Below are positions 1 to 7,773 of a DNA stretch of 32,000 nucleotides, piece by piece (within the stretch, counting starts at the first letter, position 1; each line of letters begins with the position of its first letter). Below the pieces are notes generated by a model. That model saw nothing but the letters and a program-made list of their open reading frames with translations, searched no databases and was not told the origin of the DNA. A program made the translations under genes and the position numbers. This DNA is from Candidatus Nanobsidianus stetteri (lineage in GTDB: Archaea; Nanobdellota; Nanobdellia; Nanobdellales; Nanobdellaceae). The DNA lies in the NCBI GenBank assembly GCA_000387965.1, contig APJZ01000001.1, positions 1 through 32,000 on the forward strand, read 5' to 3'.

Positions 1-2
1 AA

Positions 3-335
3 ACAAAAGGAAAATTAATGGAAAATCTGGTTGCAATTGAATTAAAAAGGAGAGAAAAAGAATTTTATTATTGGAAAGAATATGGGAAATCAGAGGGACA
101 AGAAGTAGATTTTCTAATAAAGGAAAATAATATAATAAAAGAATTAATCCAGGTTTCATATATAAATAATATAGATGAAATAGACAGAAGAGAAATTAGA
201 TCATTAATTAAAGCATCTAGTTTATTAAATTGTAATGATCTAAAAATTATTACATGGGATTTAGAAGATAAAATAATTAAAGATAATAAGGAAATAAAAT
301 TAATACCATTATGGAAATGGCTATTAAATAGGTAA
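3..335 (+). CDS. C-terminal part of an AAA+ ATPase of the DUF4143/COG1373 type (5' end outside window)
   Basis: The reading frame is open from the window edge (codons TKGKL precede the first Met at 18). The segment ...GQEVDFLIKENNIIKELIQVSY...REIRSLIKAS... resembles the nuclease-fold C-terminal domain of archaeal DUF4143 ATPases. Assignment is by remembered family pattern only. Confidence 0.55.
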   Translation, partial: TKGKLMENLVAIELKRREKEFYYWKEYGKSEGQEVDFLIKENNIIKELIQVSYINNIDEIDRREIRSLIKASSLLNCNDLKIITWDLEDKIIKDNKEIKLIPLWKWLLNR

Positions 336-450
336 AAATATCTATAACTTTTATATTTCATTTTTAAGATAATTATAAGTTGAATTATTTTTTGGAAGAA
401 TAAGGAATCCTCACTTTTTTACTTAAACTTTTCTAATCATTTGTAATATT

Positions 451-471
451 ATGGTATAGTAACTATACCAT
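451..471. repeat. 21-nt palindrome ATGGTATAGT-A-ACTATACCAT (10-bp perfect arms)
   Basis: Read directly: the reverse complement is identical except for the central base. GGTATA recurs at 485-491, and GTAATATTAT recurs at 443-452 and 522-531. Confidence 0.9.
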
Positions 472-655
472 TTTTATAAAAATTTGGTATAATAAATATT
501 CTAATTTTGAACATAAAAAAGTGTAATATTATCTCTGAATAGTTGTTCTATTCTTGGAATTTATCTTTTCATAGGTAAATACTAATATAAATATTTCTCA
601 TTAATATAAGCAAATCCTTATAAATTAAAAATAGAAAGTCTTATATATTTAACTT

Positions 656-760
656 ATTCAAAATTTATAAATTTCAAAGTAGTATATAATAAGACCCTTT
701 TTCAGAATTTGAATTTTATGGGCTTTATATATACTACTTTGAAATTTATAAATTTTGAAT
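656..760. repeat. Long inverted repeat/hairpin with 33-bp perfect arms (656-688 and 728-760) and a 39-nt spacer
   Basis: Left arm attcaaaatttataaatttcaaagtagtatata is the exact reverse complement of right arm tatatactactttgaaatttataaattttgaat. The stem can extend by about 6 bp (aag(a)ccc 691-697 with gggctt 720-725, one bulge). That leaves a 22-nt loop containing the tandem gaattt gaattt (705-716). Confidence 0.95.
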
Positions 761-859
761 ATGGATGATGCTTGTAAAGTATTAATATATGTTTAAATTC
801 TTATTGAAACGCAATTATAATAAAGAATATTAAAAAATTTCAATTCATATAGAAGTTTT

Positions 860-1372
860 ATGATAAATGGTCAAATATTATTTAATAAAATGTTTATGAT
901 TGATTATAAAATATCCGAATTTTTTTATAAAAAATTAATGGATAGATTAGATATTGTTTATACAATTGATATAATCTCATATTTAATAGGTTTATATTTC
1001 ATTTCATATATAGTATTTTTCGTTAATTTTGGTTATATTTTTCTTTTTATTATATCTACTACAATAACTTATTTGTTAAAATTAATATTTAATAGAAAAA
1101 GGCCTTATTATTTCTTTGACAAAAGATTTGCTATATTGGTTTATGAAAATCATTCTTTCCCAAGTGAACATACTATTATTGCAATCTTATCTTTCATAAT
1201 AACTGGAAATATTTTAGCATTGATAACGCCAATATTGAGAATTATTACTTTAAAACATTGGTTATCAGATGCAATATTTACTATAATTTTATCTTTTGTT
1301 TTTTACTATTTTTTTAGTTCAATAATTAATTTTTATGGATTATTTAACTCATTGATAAATATATTAAAATAA
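860..1372 (+). CDS. PAP2-superfamily membrane phosphatase (lipid phosphate / undecaprenyl-diphosphate phosphatase-like)
   Basis: All three PAP2 motifs are present in order: K-x6-RP (KLIFNRKRP), PSEH in place of PSGH, and R-x5-H-x3-D (RIITLKHWLSD). The protein is a multi-TM hydrophobic protein. Confidence 0.7.
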   Translation: MINGQILFNKMFMIDYKISEFFYKKLMDRLDIVYTIDIISYLIGLYFISYIVFFVNFGYIFLFIISTTITYLLKLIFNRKRPYYFFDKRFAILVYENHSFPSEHTIIAILSFIITGNILALITPILRIITLKHWLSDAIFTIILSFVFYYFFSSIINFYGLFNSLINILK

Positions 1373-1390
1373 ACAAGATTGTAAAATCTA

Positions 1391-1909
1391 CTAAAAGTTA
1401 GATTTTATATACATCTTTTTTATAAAGGAAACCATTGTTTCTGGGTCTACAACTCTATCTATATCAATATATTCTCCATTTTTCATTACAAATCTAACTA
1501 GGCCAAATGTGTATGTAAGAAATTCTCCTGTAGTAGATAAAACAGTACGTGTTGATCTATTTGTTTCAGTCCATGTCCTGATTATAAATATATCACTTAC
1601 ATCACTCCATGTGAAAATCATCTTATTGTTTTTCCATACTCCACTTTTGTTATACCAGTATATTGTTGATAAAATTCCATATTTTCCAACTGCGAGAATA
1701 TCTGCAGGTTCTGGGGGTATTATTGATTTTATTCTTTTTATTTCATAAATTAGGAACACAATTATTAAAATAGATATTATACTTGATACTGTATTTCCTA
1801 GTGCTATAAGAGTAATGGCAGAAATAAAAGATAGAAAGACCATAAATACTAAAACTGGTATGATTATCCTTGCTCTCTTTTTTACTATGTCTGTATCCAT
1901 ATATTTCAT
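1391..1909 (-). CDS. Hypothetical membrane protein (two N-terminal TM helices plus a ~100-aa beta-rich domain, possibly bacterial-PH-like)
   Basis: 172-aa ORF with hydrophobic segments IIIPVLVFMVFLSFISAITLIAL and SSIISILIIVFLIY. I recognise no diagnostic motif. A sampled 60-nt line is about 35 % G+C, above the background. Confidence 0.45.
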   Translation of the reverse strand: MKYMDTDIVKKRARIIIPVLVFMVFLSFISAITLIALGNTVSSIISILIIVFLIYEIKRIKSIIPPEPADILAVGKYGILSTIYWYNKSGVWKNNKMIFTWSDVSDIFIIRTWTETNRSTRTVLSTTGEFLTYTFGLVRFVMKNGEYIDIDRVVDPETMVSFIKKMYIKSNF

Positions 1910-2147
1910 TTTTCTTCTATATCTAAAAAATTTTCTGTTTTAACTTTAAACTCTATGGGAATTAGTCATAAATCTACCTTAAGTAAAATAGATTTCTACT
2001 AGATACTTAAGGTGAAATAAAGATAAACTTTACAAGTTATAAAAGTTATAATTCTTTCTTTCGATTTAGAAAATATTTTATTGGAAATTTCGGGAATTAT
2101 GATTTCTTTCTTATCCTTAAAGATGAGAGTTATTCGAAATCTTAGTT

Positions 2148-2798
2148 TTAGCGTAGTCCTAGACAAGATAAGATTTCTCTAACTTTCTTATAATTCATTT
2201 GCCCAGGAGCTGTTTCTAAACCCTCATCGAAGCTTGCATAAATTAGCTCTGAACCTAATACAGTAAAAGCTATCCTTTCAATTGGATTCGATCCCATAGA
2301 CATAACGGCGAAACCTTTCCTAGCGAAGTGAGCTAGAAGTTCCTTGTAACCTTCTTTCGCAGTCAATGCTATTTTCCTGACCCAGGCTTCCTCAAAACCT
2401 TCGAAGATTTCTTCTACTTCTTTTATGCTAGGAACTCTATCAAAGAAGTGAGCAGATACTATTTTCCCTTTGAACGGGATATCATTTCTCTTCCTCAAGA
2501 ACCTGGCTTCTACATCGTAAAGCACTCCCATGTCATGAAGTTTCTTGTAAAGTGAGGCCTTCCAGTCTTCATCTACTTTCTTTACTCCTCCCTCACTAGG
2601 ATCTCTTACGGTTACAATAATTCTGTCTTTTATATCCTCGATTAAGGATGGGTCAAAGTCTTCAGGTCTTTCCAGGTAGTCCAGTCTGAGCTCAACAAGG
2701 TCAGAATCTATAGTAGGGACTAATTTTATGTCTTCTAAACTCCTCACCGGTAGGGCAACGACTAACTTCATCATAGTAAGATTAAGTATTTGATGCAA
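2148..2798 (-). CDS. aroD: Type I 3-dehydroquinate dehydratase
   Basis: Family hallmarks are present: LVELRLDYL, IIVTVRDPSEGG, the VSAHFF...VPS histidine motif, and the Schiff-base lysine context VRKIALTA. The true start is probably the MMKLVVALPV Met at 2774. Two sampled lines are 45 % G+C. Confidence 0.8.
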   Translation of the reverse strand: MHQILNLTMMKLVVALPVRSLEDIKLVPTIDSDLVELRLDYLERPEDFDPSLIEDIKDRIIVTVRDPSEGGVKKVDEDWKASLYKKLHDMGVLYDVEARFLRKRNDIPFKGKIVSAHFFDRVPSIKEVEEIFEGFEEAWVRKIALTAKEGYKELLAHFARKGFAVMSMGSNPIERIAFTVLGSELIYASFDEGLETAPGQMNYKKVREILSCLGLR

Positions 2799-3076
2799 AT
2801 AATAAGTTTGCTAAGGTTGAGAAGGAAACCTGAATTTCTCTCACTCTGAAAGGCAATACTTTTTGGATCCATTAACTTCAAGTTTATAATCTTATTTAAA
2901 TATTTTTATGGACAGTATACTAAACAAATAGTAATTATTTAATTAAGAAATTATTATCAAGATATAGTGAAGATTGTGACCTTTACGAAATTTTCATACA
3001 TAAAAATAATATGATATCAGATGACATACAACAAAGATTTTAAAAAAGACATAAAGGCGGACTTGATGAAATATTA

Positions 3077-3895
3077 ATGCTTGGAAATAGTTCGGCAGAA
3101 GCAAGGATAGAATATTATAAGAAAATTGTAACATATTTATCAGTGGCAGTGACAAAATATATATTCGATGGATTGGTGAGAGAACCCAGAGTTTCATTAA
3201 ACGAAGAAACCGGAGAAATCAATATGTATTTGAAGGGAGTTTCATCTTCACTAATACCAATGCTTAGACCAGCAAGAGGAGACTCATTTAGAGGAGTTGT
3301 AGAAGTTTTATATGATTTTGGAGGTTTAGCATCTATTAAAGATGATAAATTAAAATTAGAACTAGCTAGAAGAAGGGTCTTAGAAAAAAGAGAAGATTAT
3401 GGTGTAGTAATAATAGCAAGTGAATATGAAAGTCGAAAAAACGGCTTATATTATTTAAGAAAATTATCAAAAATGGATGAAATGTTACCTTTTGCTATTT
3501 GGCTTTTAGGAGAGGAATTGGATGTAAAAGGCGTCGGTGAAGAAAAAAGAATAGACATAGAATACGATATGTTAACTGGTGACCTTAAGATTGAATTATG
3601 CGGAGACGATATTATAGAGAGTCTTAAGGGTAGAAAGAATACACATATAAATAAGCTATATTCACTTATACATGGTTATCAAGATCTTGCAGGAAGAAAG
3701 TGTATTGAATTGGAAGGTAAAAAAGAACAAGCTGGAATATGGTTGAATACAAAGTATATTATAGAAAAAGATAGTATAGAACATGAAAAGTATATTATAG
3801 ATCGTAACACATACTTCTTAGAAAAAGAAAAAATTCCTGAAGTTCTTAATATTATATTGAGTGAAGAAACATTGAATCGAAAATATGTACTATAA
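3077..3895 (+). CDS. Hypothetical protein, 272 aa, soluble, no recognised domain
   Basis: A long ORF in a stop-rich AT background. It has a balanced, non-low-complexity composition, and a sampled line is about 40 % G+C. I recognise no motif. Confidence 0.5.
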   Translation: MLGNSSAEARIEYYKKIVTYLSVAVTKYIFDGLVREPRVSLNEETGEINMYLKGVSSSLIPMLRPARGDSFRGVVEVLYDFGGLASIKDDKLKLELARRRVLEKREDYGVVIIASEYESRKNGLYYLRKLSKMDEMLPFAIWLLGEELDVKGVGEEKRIDIEYDMLTGDLKIELCGDDIIESLKGRKNTHINKLYSLIHGYQDLAGRKCIELEGKKEQAGIWLNTKYIIEKDSIEHEKYIIDRNTYFLEKEKIPEVLNIILSEETLNRKYVL

Positions 3896-3978
3896 GAGCT
3901 TTCAGAAGAGCAGATGAGAAAATGAATAAGCAAAATGTTTTCTGATAGAAATAAACAATAATAAAAATATTAAAATTT

Positions 3979-4587
3979 TTATTTTTCTATTATATTTAAT
4001 ATTTTATCTAATATTTTTTCAGGTTTTTCTTCTCCATTAATATAAATTATATTATCATTGGGAAATATTTCTTTTAATTTTAAGAAATTTTCTCTTACTT
4101 TTCCTAAAAATTCAATATTTTCATAACTCGTAATATTTTTACCTCTTAAATTTATTCTCTCTACCGCAATTTTTGGATCAACATCTAATATAAAAGTAAT
4201 ATCGGGTCTAATTATATATTTTGATACACATTTTAACCATTCAATATCTATACCTTCATATAAAATTTGATAAGAAAATGTGGAATAAATACTTCTATCA
4301 GAAATAATGATATAATCATTATTTAAATATTTCTTTAAATCAATGTTTTTTATACTTCTATCAGCAGTAAATAATAATGCTAATAAATATCCATAATCTA
4401 AATTTTTTTCATGTTCTTTTAAAATTATTTCTTTTATTTTTTTGGATAAATCATTATCATATGGTTCTTTCAATAATATTACCTTATTATACCTTTTAGA
4501 TAACTCATTATACAGTAAATTTGCAATTGTTGTTTTTCCAGAACCATCTATTCCATCAATTGCAATATATCTATACTTTTTAATCAT
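3979..4587 (-). CDS. tmk: Thymidylate (dTMP) kinase
   Basis: The P-loop IAIDGIDGSGKTT lies at the N-terminus, followed by the DRSIYSTFSYQ (DR...S..AYQ) motif. The ~200-aa size fits. Confidence 0.85.
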   Translation of the reverse strand: MIKKYRYIAIDGIDGSGKTTIANLLYNELSKRYNKVILLKEPYDNDLSKKIKEIILKEHEKNLDYGYLLALLFTADRSIKNIDLKKYLNNDYIIISDRSIYSTFSYQILYEGIDIEWLKCVSKYIIRPDITFILDVDPKIAVERINLRGKNITSYENIEFLGKVRENFLKLKEIFPNDNIIYINGEEKPEKILDKILNIIEK

Positions 4588-4609
4588 TTATTTTTCTTTT
4601 AAAAAAATC

Positions 4610-6463
4610 TTATAATCTAATTATATCTCCATTTTTTGGTGCATAAGAATATATTCCAAATTTTCTATATATTTTTGATGCTAATTCATATGGTTTTGGT
4701 ATTTCGCCATGTATTGTAATAACCTGTTTTGGTTTTGGTCTTAAATATTTAATAAAAGATATTGATTCAAAATGATCTGCATGACCAGAAAAACCTTCAT
4801 ATTTATTTACCTTCATTTTTATATTTATTTTTCTATCATTCAATACAATTTCTCTTTGTCCATCTAATATTGTTCTACCTAAAGTACCTTGTGCTTGATA
4901 TGAAACAAAAGCTAATAAATTCTTTTCATCTTCTGCAGCATAACTAAAATAATCTAATATAGGACCACCCTGCATCATACCGGATGTTGCAATTATTATT
5001 GAAGGTTCTTTTGATGTTATAATTTGTTCTCTTTCCTTTTTACTTGCTCTTATTACATTTTCCCTTTCAAATGGATTTTTTCCAGATTCTATCTTTTCTC
5101 TAATTTCTTTACTTAAAAATTCTGGATATGCTGTGTGAATCATTGATGTTTCCCATACAATTCCCTCTAAATATATATTTACTTCTGGCAATATTTTATT
5201 TTCAATTGCATTTAGTAATGTTAATAAAACATCCTGTCCCCTTCCAACTGCTAATACTGGTATTAATACCTTTCCACCTTTTTCAATTGTTTCCTTTATA
5301 TCATGAATAAATAATGCCTCAGTTTCTTCCCTTGATGGATGTTTGTCATTAAATCCACCATATGTACTTTCAATTATTAATGTTTCCAATCTTTGATATA
5401 TAGTATTTGGTCTTTCTAATAAAGGCATTTTATTAAATCTATAATCTCCAGTATATAATACATTATGTTTTCCTTCAATATTTATATGAACCATTGAAGA
5501 TCCTATTATATGATTTGCATTGTGTAATGATATTTTTATATCACCAGTTATATCAGTTACTTCAGTATAATTTAATGTAATAGAATGTTTTAAAAATAAT
5601 TTAATTTCTTTTGATGTAAATATTGGATTTTTACTTTGTTTATTACTTACTTTTAGATAATCTAATAAAACTAGGGCTGCAATATCTCTTGTTGGTTCTG
5701 TTAAATATACAGGTCCTCTCCATCCAATTCTGAATAAATATGGTATAAATCCGACATGATCTAAATGAGCATGTGAAATAATTACAGCATCAAGATTTTG
5801 TATATCAAATTCTGGGATATTTAATATTGGATATCTATCTTCTGAATAATTTCCTGCACCTAGACCACAATCTAATAAAATGTTGCTTTCTTTTGTTTGT
5901 AATAAAAATGAAGATCTTCCAACCTCCCTTCCAGCACCTAAAAAGACAATTCTATAATGATCTAATCTTTGCGGTTTTCTTTCCAATATTTTTTCCCCAA
6001 CCTTATTTAAAAATTCAGATTTATATAGAGAATTTTTATGTAAATATGCTCTAATAACATTTATTATTTTTGAAGATTTCAATGGTGCCCTCTGTATTAT
6101 AATATTACATAGTGTTTCTTCTCTCAATTTGTTAATTAAATTTAAATCAATTTTTTCTGGCTCATATGTTTCAATATATAATGTAGATCTATGTTTTTCA
6201 AGATATATATCCTTTATTTTTATTCCATTTAATATTTCTTTTGCTTTTTCCTTAATGTATTCTTCTCCTTTCAATAATCTAGGATTTACCCTTATTTCAA
6301 TCCTCTTTTTATACTTCTGTGCCAGATTTTTTCCTATTTCAATTCCTCTTATAAATAGATCTACATTATTTACATATATCACTATCTTTGGTCCTTCAAA
6401 TATTATTTTATTTATATCCTTTGATTGAAATTCCTTTAATAATTCATCCTTAATATTCATCAT
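4610..6463 (-). CDS. aCPSF1/FttA-type RNase: N-terminal KH domains plus metallo-beta-lactamase/beta-CASP
   Basis: The HAHLDHVG metallo-beta-lactamase motif is present. The N-terminal ~170 aa is KH-like, and the C-terminal part includes FSGHAD and a HGE motif. Its 617-aa length is typical of archaeal aCPSF1. Confidence 0.9.
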   Translation of the reverse strand: MMNIKDELLKEFQSKDINKIIFEGPKIVIYVNNVDLFIRGIEIGKNLAQKYKKRIEIRVNPRLLKGEEYIKEKAKEILNGIKIKDIYLEKHRSTLYIETYEPEKIDLNLINKLREETLCNIIIQRAPLKSSKIINVIRAYLHKNSLYKSEFLNKVGEKILERKPQRLDHYRIVFLGAGREVGRSSFLLQTKESNILLDCGLGAGNYSEDRYPILNIPEFDIQNLDAVIISHAHLDHVGFIPYLFRIGWRGPVYLTEPTRDIAALVLLDYLKVSNKQSKNPIFTSKEIKLFLKHSITLNYTEVTDITGDIKISLHNANHIIGSSMVHINIEGKHNVLYTGDYRFNKMPLLERPNTIYQRLETLIIESTYGGFNDKHPSREETEALFIHDIKETIEKGGKVLIPVLAVGRGQDVLLTLLNAIENKILPEVNIYLEGIVWETSMIHTAYPEFLSKEIREKIESGKNPFERENVIRASKKEREQIITSKEPSIIIATSGMMQGGPILDYFSYAAEDEKNLLAFVSYQAQGTLGRTILDGQREIVLNDRKINIKMKVNKYEGFSGHADHFESISFIKYLRPKPKQVITIHGEIPKPYELASKIYRKFGIYSYAPKNGDIIRL

Positions 6464-6508
6464 AAATAATGTAAATACCTTTTATAATTGATTATAAAAT
6501 TTAAAAAA

Positions 6509-7126
6509 TTATTTTTTCTGTAGTTCTTCCTTTACCTCGTAAAGTTCTTTCTTTAATCCTTCTTTTGTTAATGTCCATATTTCAATACCATATCCAGATC
6601 CTAAATCCCTTTTTATAGCAGCTAATATTGCTTTTTTTGCTAATTCTTTTGCTTCTTCCTCACTCATATTTTCTTTATATTCTGTTTCTAATACACCTAA
6701 AGCAAACATCATTCCAGAACCTGTAGATATAAAGTTATCAAATTTTTCCAATCCTCCAGCTTCATCTATTTCATATATATTGTAATCATCATTATCTTTT
6801 CCAACAATTATAACTTCTGTAAAGAATGGGAACCATTTATAATAGTTCATTAATGTTGATAGAAAACTTGCAGCTTCTTCTGCAGTTGGTTCATTTTTTG
6901 ATCTTAAATACTTTAATTTTAAATTTGCTTGTAATATCTTTACTAAAGCTTGAATATCACCAACTAAACCAGCAGCGCCCATTAATATATTGTCAGTAAT
7001 TTGATATAATTTTTGTACTTTTTTATGATATACCATCATTCCTGCTGTCGCTTGCTTATCAGATGCAATTAATACTCCATCCTTAAATTTTATTGCAACA
7101 ATTGTTGTTCCAGATGATTCCGTCAT
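6509..7126 (-). CDS. psmB: Proteasome subunit beta
   Basis: A short propeptide (MTESSG) is followed by the catalytic-Thr context TTIVAIKFKDGVLIASDKQAT. The Ntn-hydrolase pattern continues through the protein. Confidence 0.9.
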   Translation of the reverse strand: MTESSGTTIVAIKFKDGVLIASDKQATAGMMVYHKKVQKLYQITDNILMGAAGLVGDIQALVKILQANLKLKYLRSKNEPTAEEAASFLSTLMNYYKWFPFFTEVIIVGKDNDDYNIYEIDEAGGLEKFDNFISTGSGMMFALGVLETEYKENMSEEEAKELAKKAILAAIKRDLGSGYGIEIWTLTKEGLKKELYEVKEELQKK

Positions 7127-7156
7127 AGTTCTATTATAATGAAATATATTTATAAG

Positions 7157-7750
7157 CTATTTTTTTGCATATTTTTTTATTACTTTTTCTTGGAATGAAT
7201 TCAATACATAATCTACGTGTTGTTTAATTTCATCAAAACTATTAAATTCACCTTTTAATCCTGGACATACAAATTTTCCATTTTTAAATACATTAAATTT
7301 TACTCTATAATTTTCTGATACATCAAATACAACAGTAACAGCTGGAAAAGCTTCTGGATTGTATTGAGAATCTGGTATCTCATCTGCCAATCTTACTATA
7401 TCTATATTATCATAATCGAATTTTCCATTTACAACAATGTTCTGTACCTTTATTTTATAATTTTTTGGAAGTTCTATATCAATCTGTTTAAATAATTCTC
7501 TTAATTTTTCTGCAACATATTCTATATCTTCTAATCTTTTTATTCCAGATATATTTATTGTTCCGCTGTTAAATACCAATGCTTTAACATTTTCTTCTTT
7601 ACTTCCACCTTCTTTTAGTGGTATAATTAATCCAGGAAATGTTTCTGGATCGTATTGAGCATAAGGAATTAGATTTGCAATTTTATCTAATGGTAACTTT
7701 ACATTAAAATATATTGTAACCACAGCATTAGAAATCTCCCATGTAACCAT
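7157..7750 (-). CDS. tbp: TATA-box binding protein (divergent)
   Basis: There are two internal repeats, each with the TBP signature: ...YDPETFPGLIIPL.../...FNSGTINISG and QNIVVNG...YNPEAFPAVTVVF.../FKNGKFVCPG. Confidence 0.85.
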   Translation of the reverse strand: MVTWEISNAVVTIYFNVKLPLDKIANLIPYAQYDPETFPGLIIPLKEGGSKEENVKALVFNSGTINISGIKRLEDIEYVAEKLRELFKQIDIELPKNYKIKVQNIVVNGKFDYDNIDIVRLADEIPDSQYNPEAFPAVTVVFDVSENYRVKFNVFKNGKFVCPGLKGEFNSFDEIKQHVDYVLNSFQEKVIKKYAKK

Positions 7751-7773
7751 TTTTAATAAGATTTAATAAAAAT

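Noticed and set aside
68-361. Antisense and shadow ORFs in the track. Examples: 68-361(-), 1509-1748(+), 2994-3197(-), 3679-3933(-), the plus-strand ORFs inside 4762-6428, 7842-8069(+), the minus-strand ORFs inside tuf (12221-13456), 19847-20095(-), 20298-20615(-), 20882-21073(-), 24469-24732(-), 26395-26653(+), 30989-31189(-), 31080-31550(+).
   Set aside because: Each lies entirely or mostly inside a gene on the opposite strand that has clear family motifs. Their translations are low-complexity (F/L/I/Y/H-rich), as expected for the reverse frame of AT-rich coding DNA.
336-859. Replication origin call for the long AT-rich spacer with inverted repeats.
   Set aside because: I found no ORB or mini-ORB-like elements with a G-string. 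There is no orc1/cdc6 gene adjacent, and the inverted repeat arms are only 39 nt apart, not flanking a larger unwinding element. I kept it only as one possibility within a finding.
2789-2849. Possible box C/D sRNA: two CTGA boxes 12 nt apart (2830-2833 and 2846-2849) and a TGATGC upstream. Also GATGATGC at 764-771 and TGATGA at 3063-3068.
   Set aside because: The spacing between the C-like and D-like boxes does not fit the roughly 12-nt guide architecture. No paired C'/D' set or terminal stem was found. These short motifs are expected by chance.
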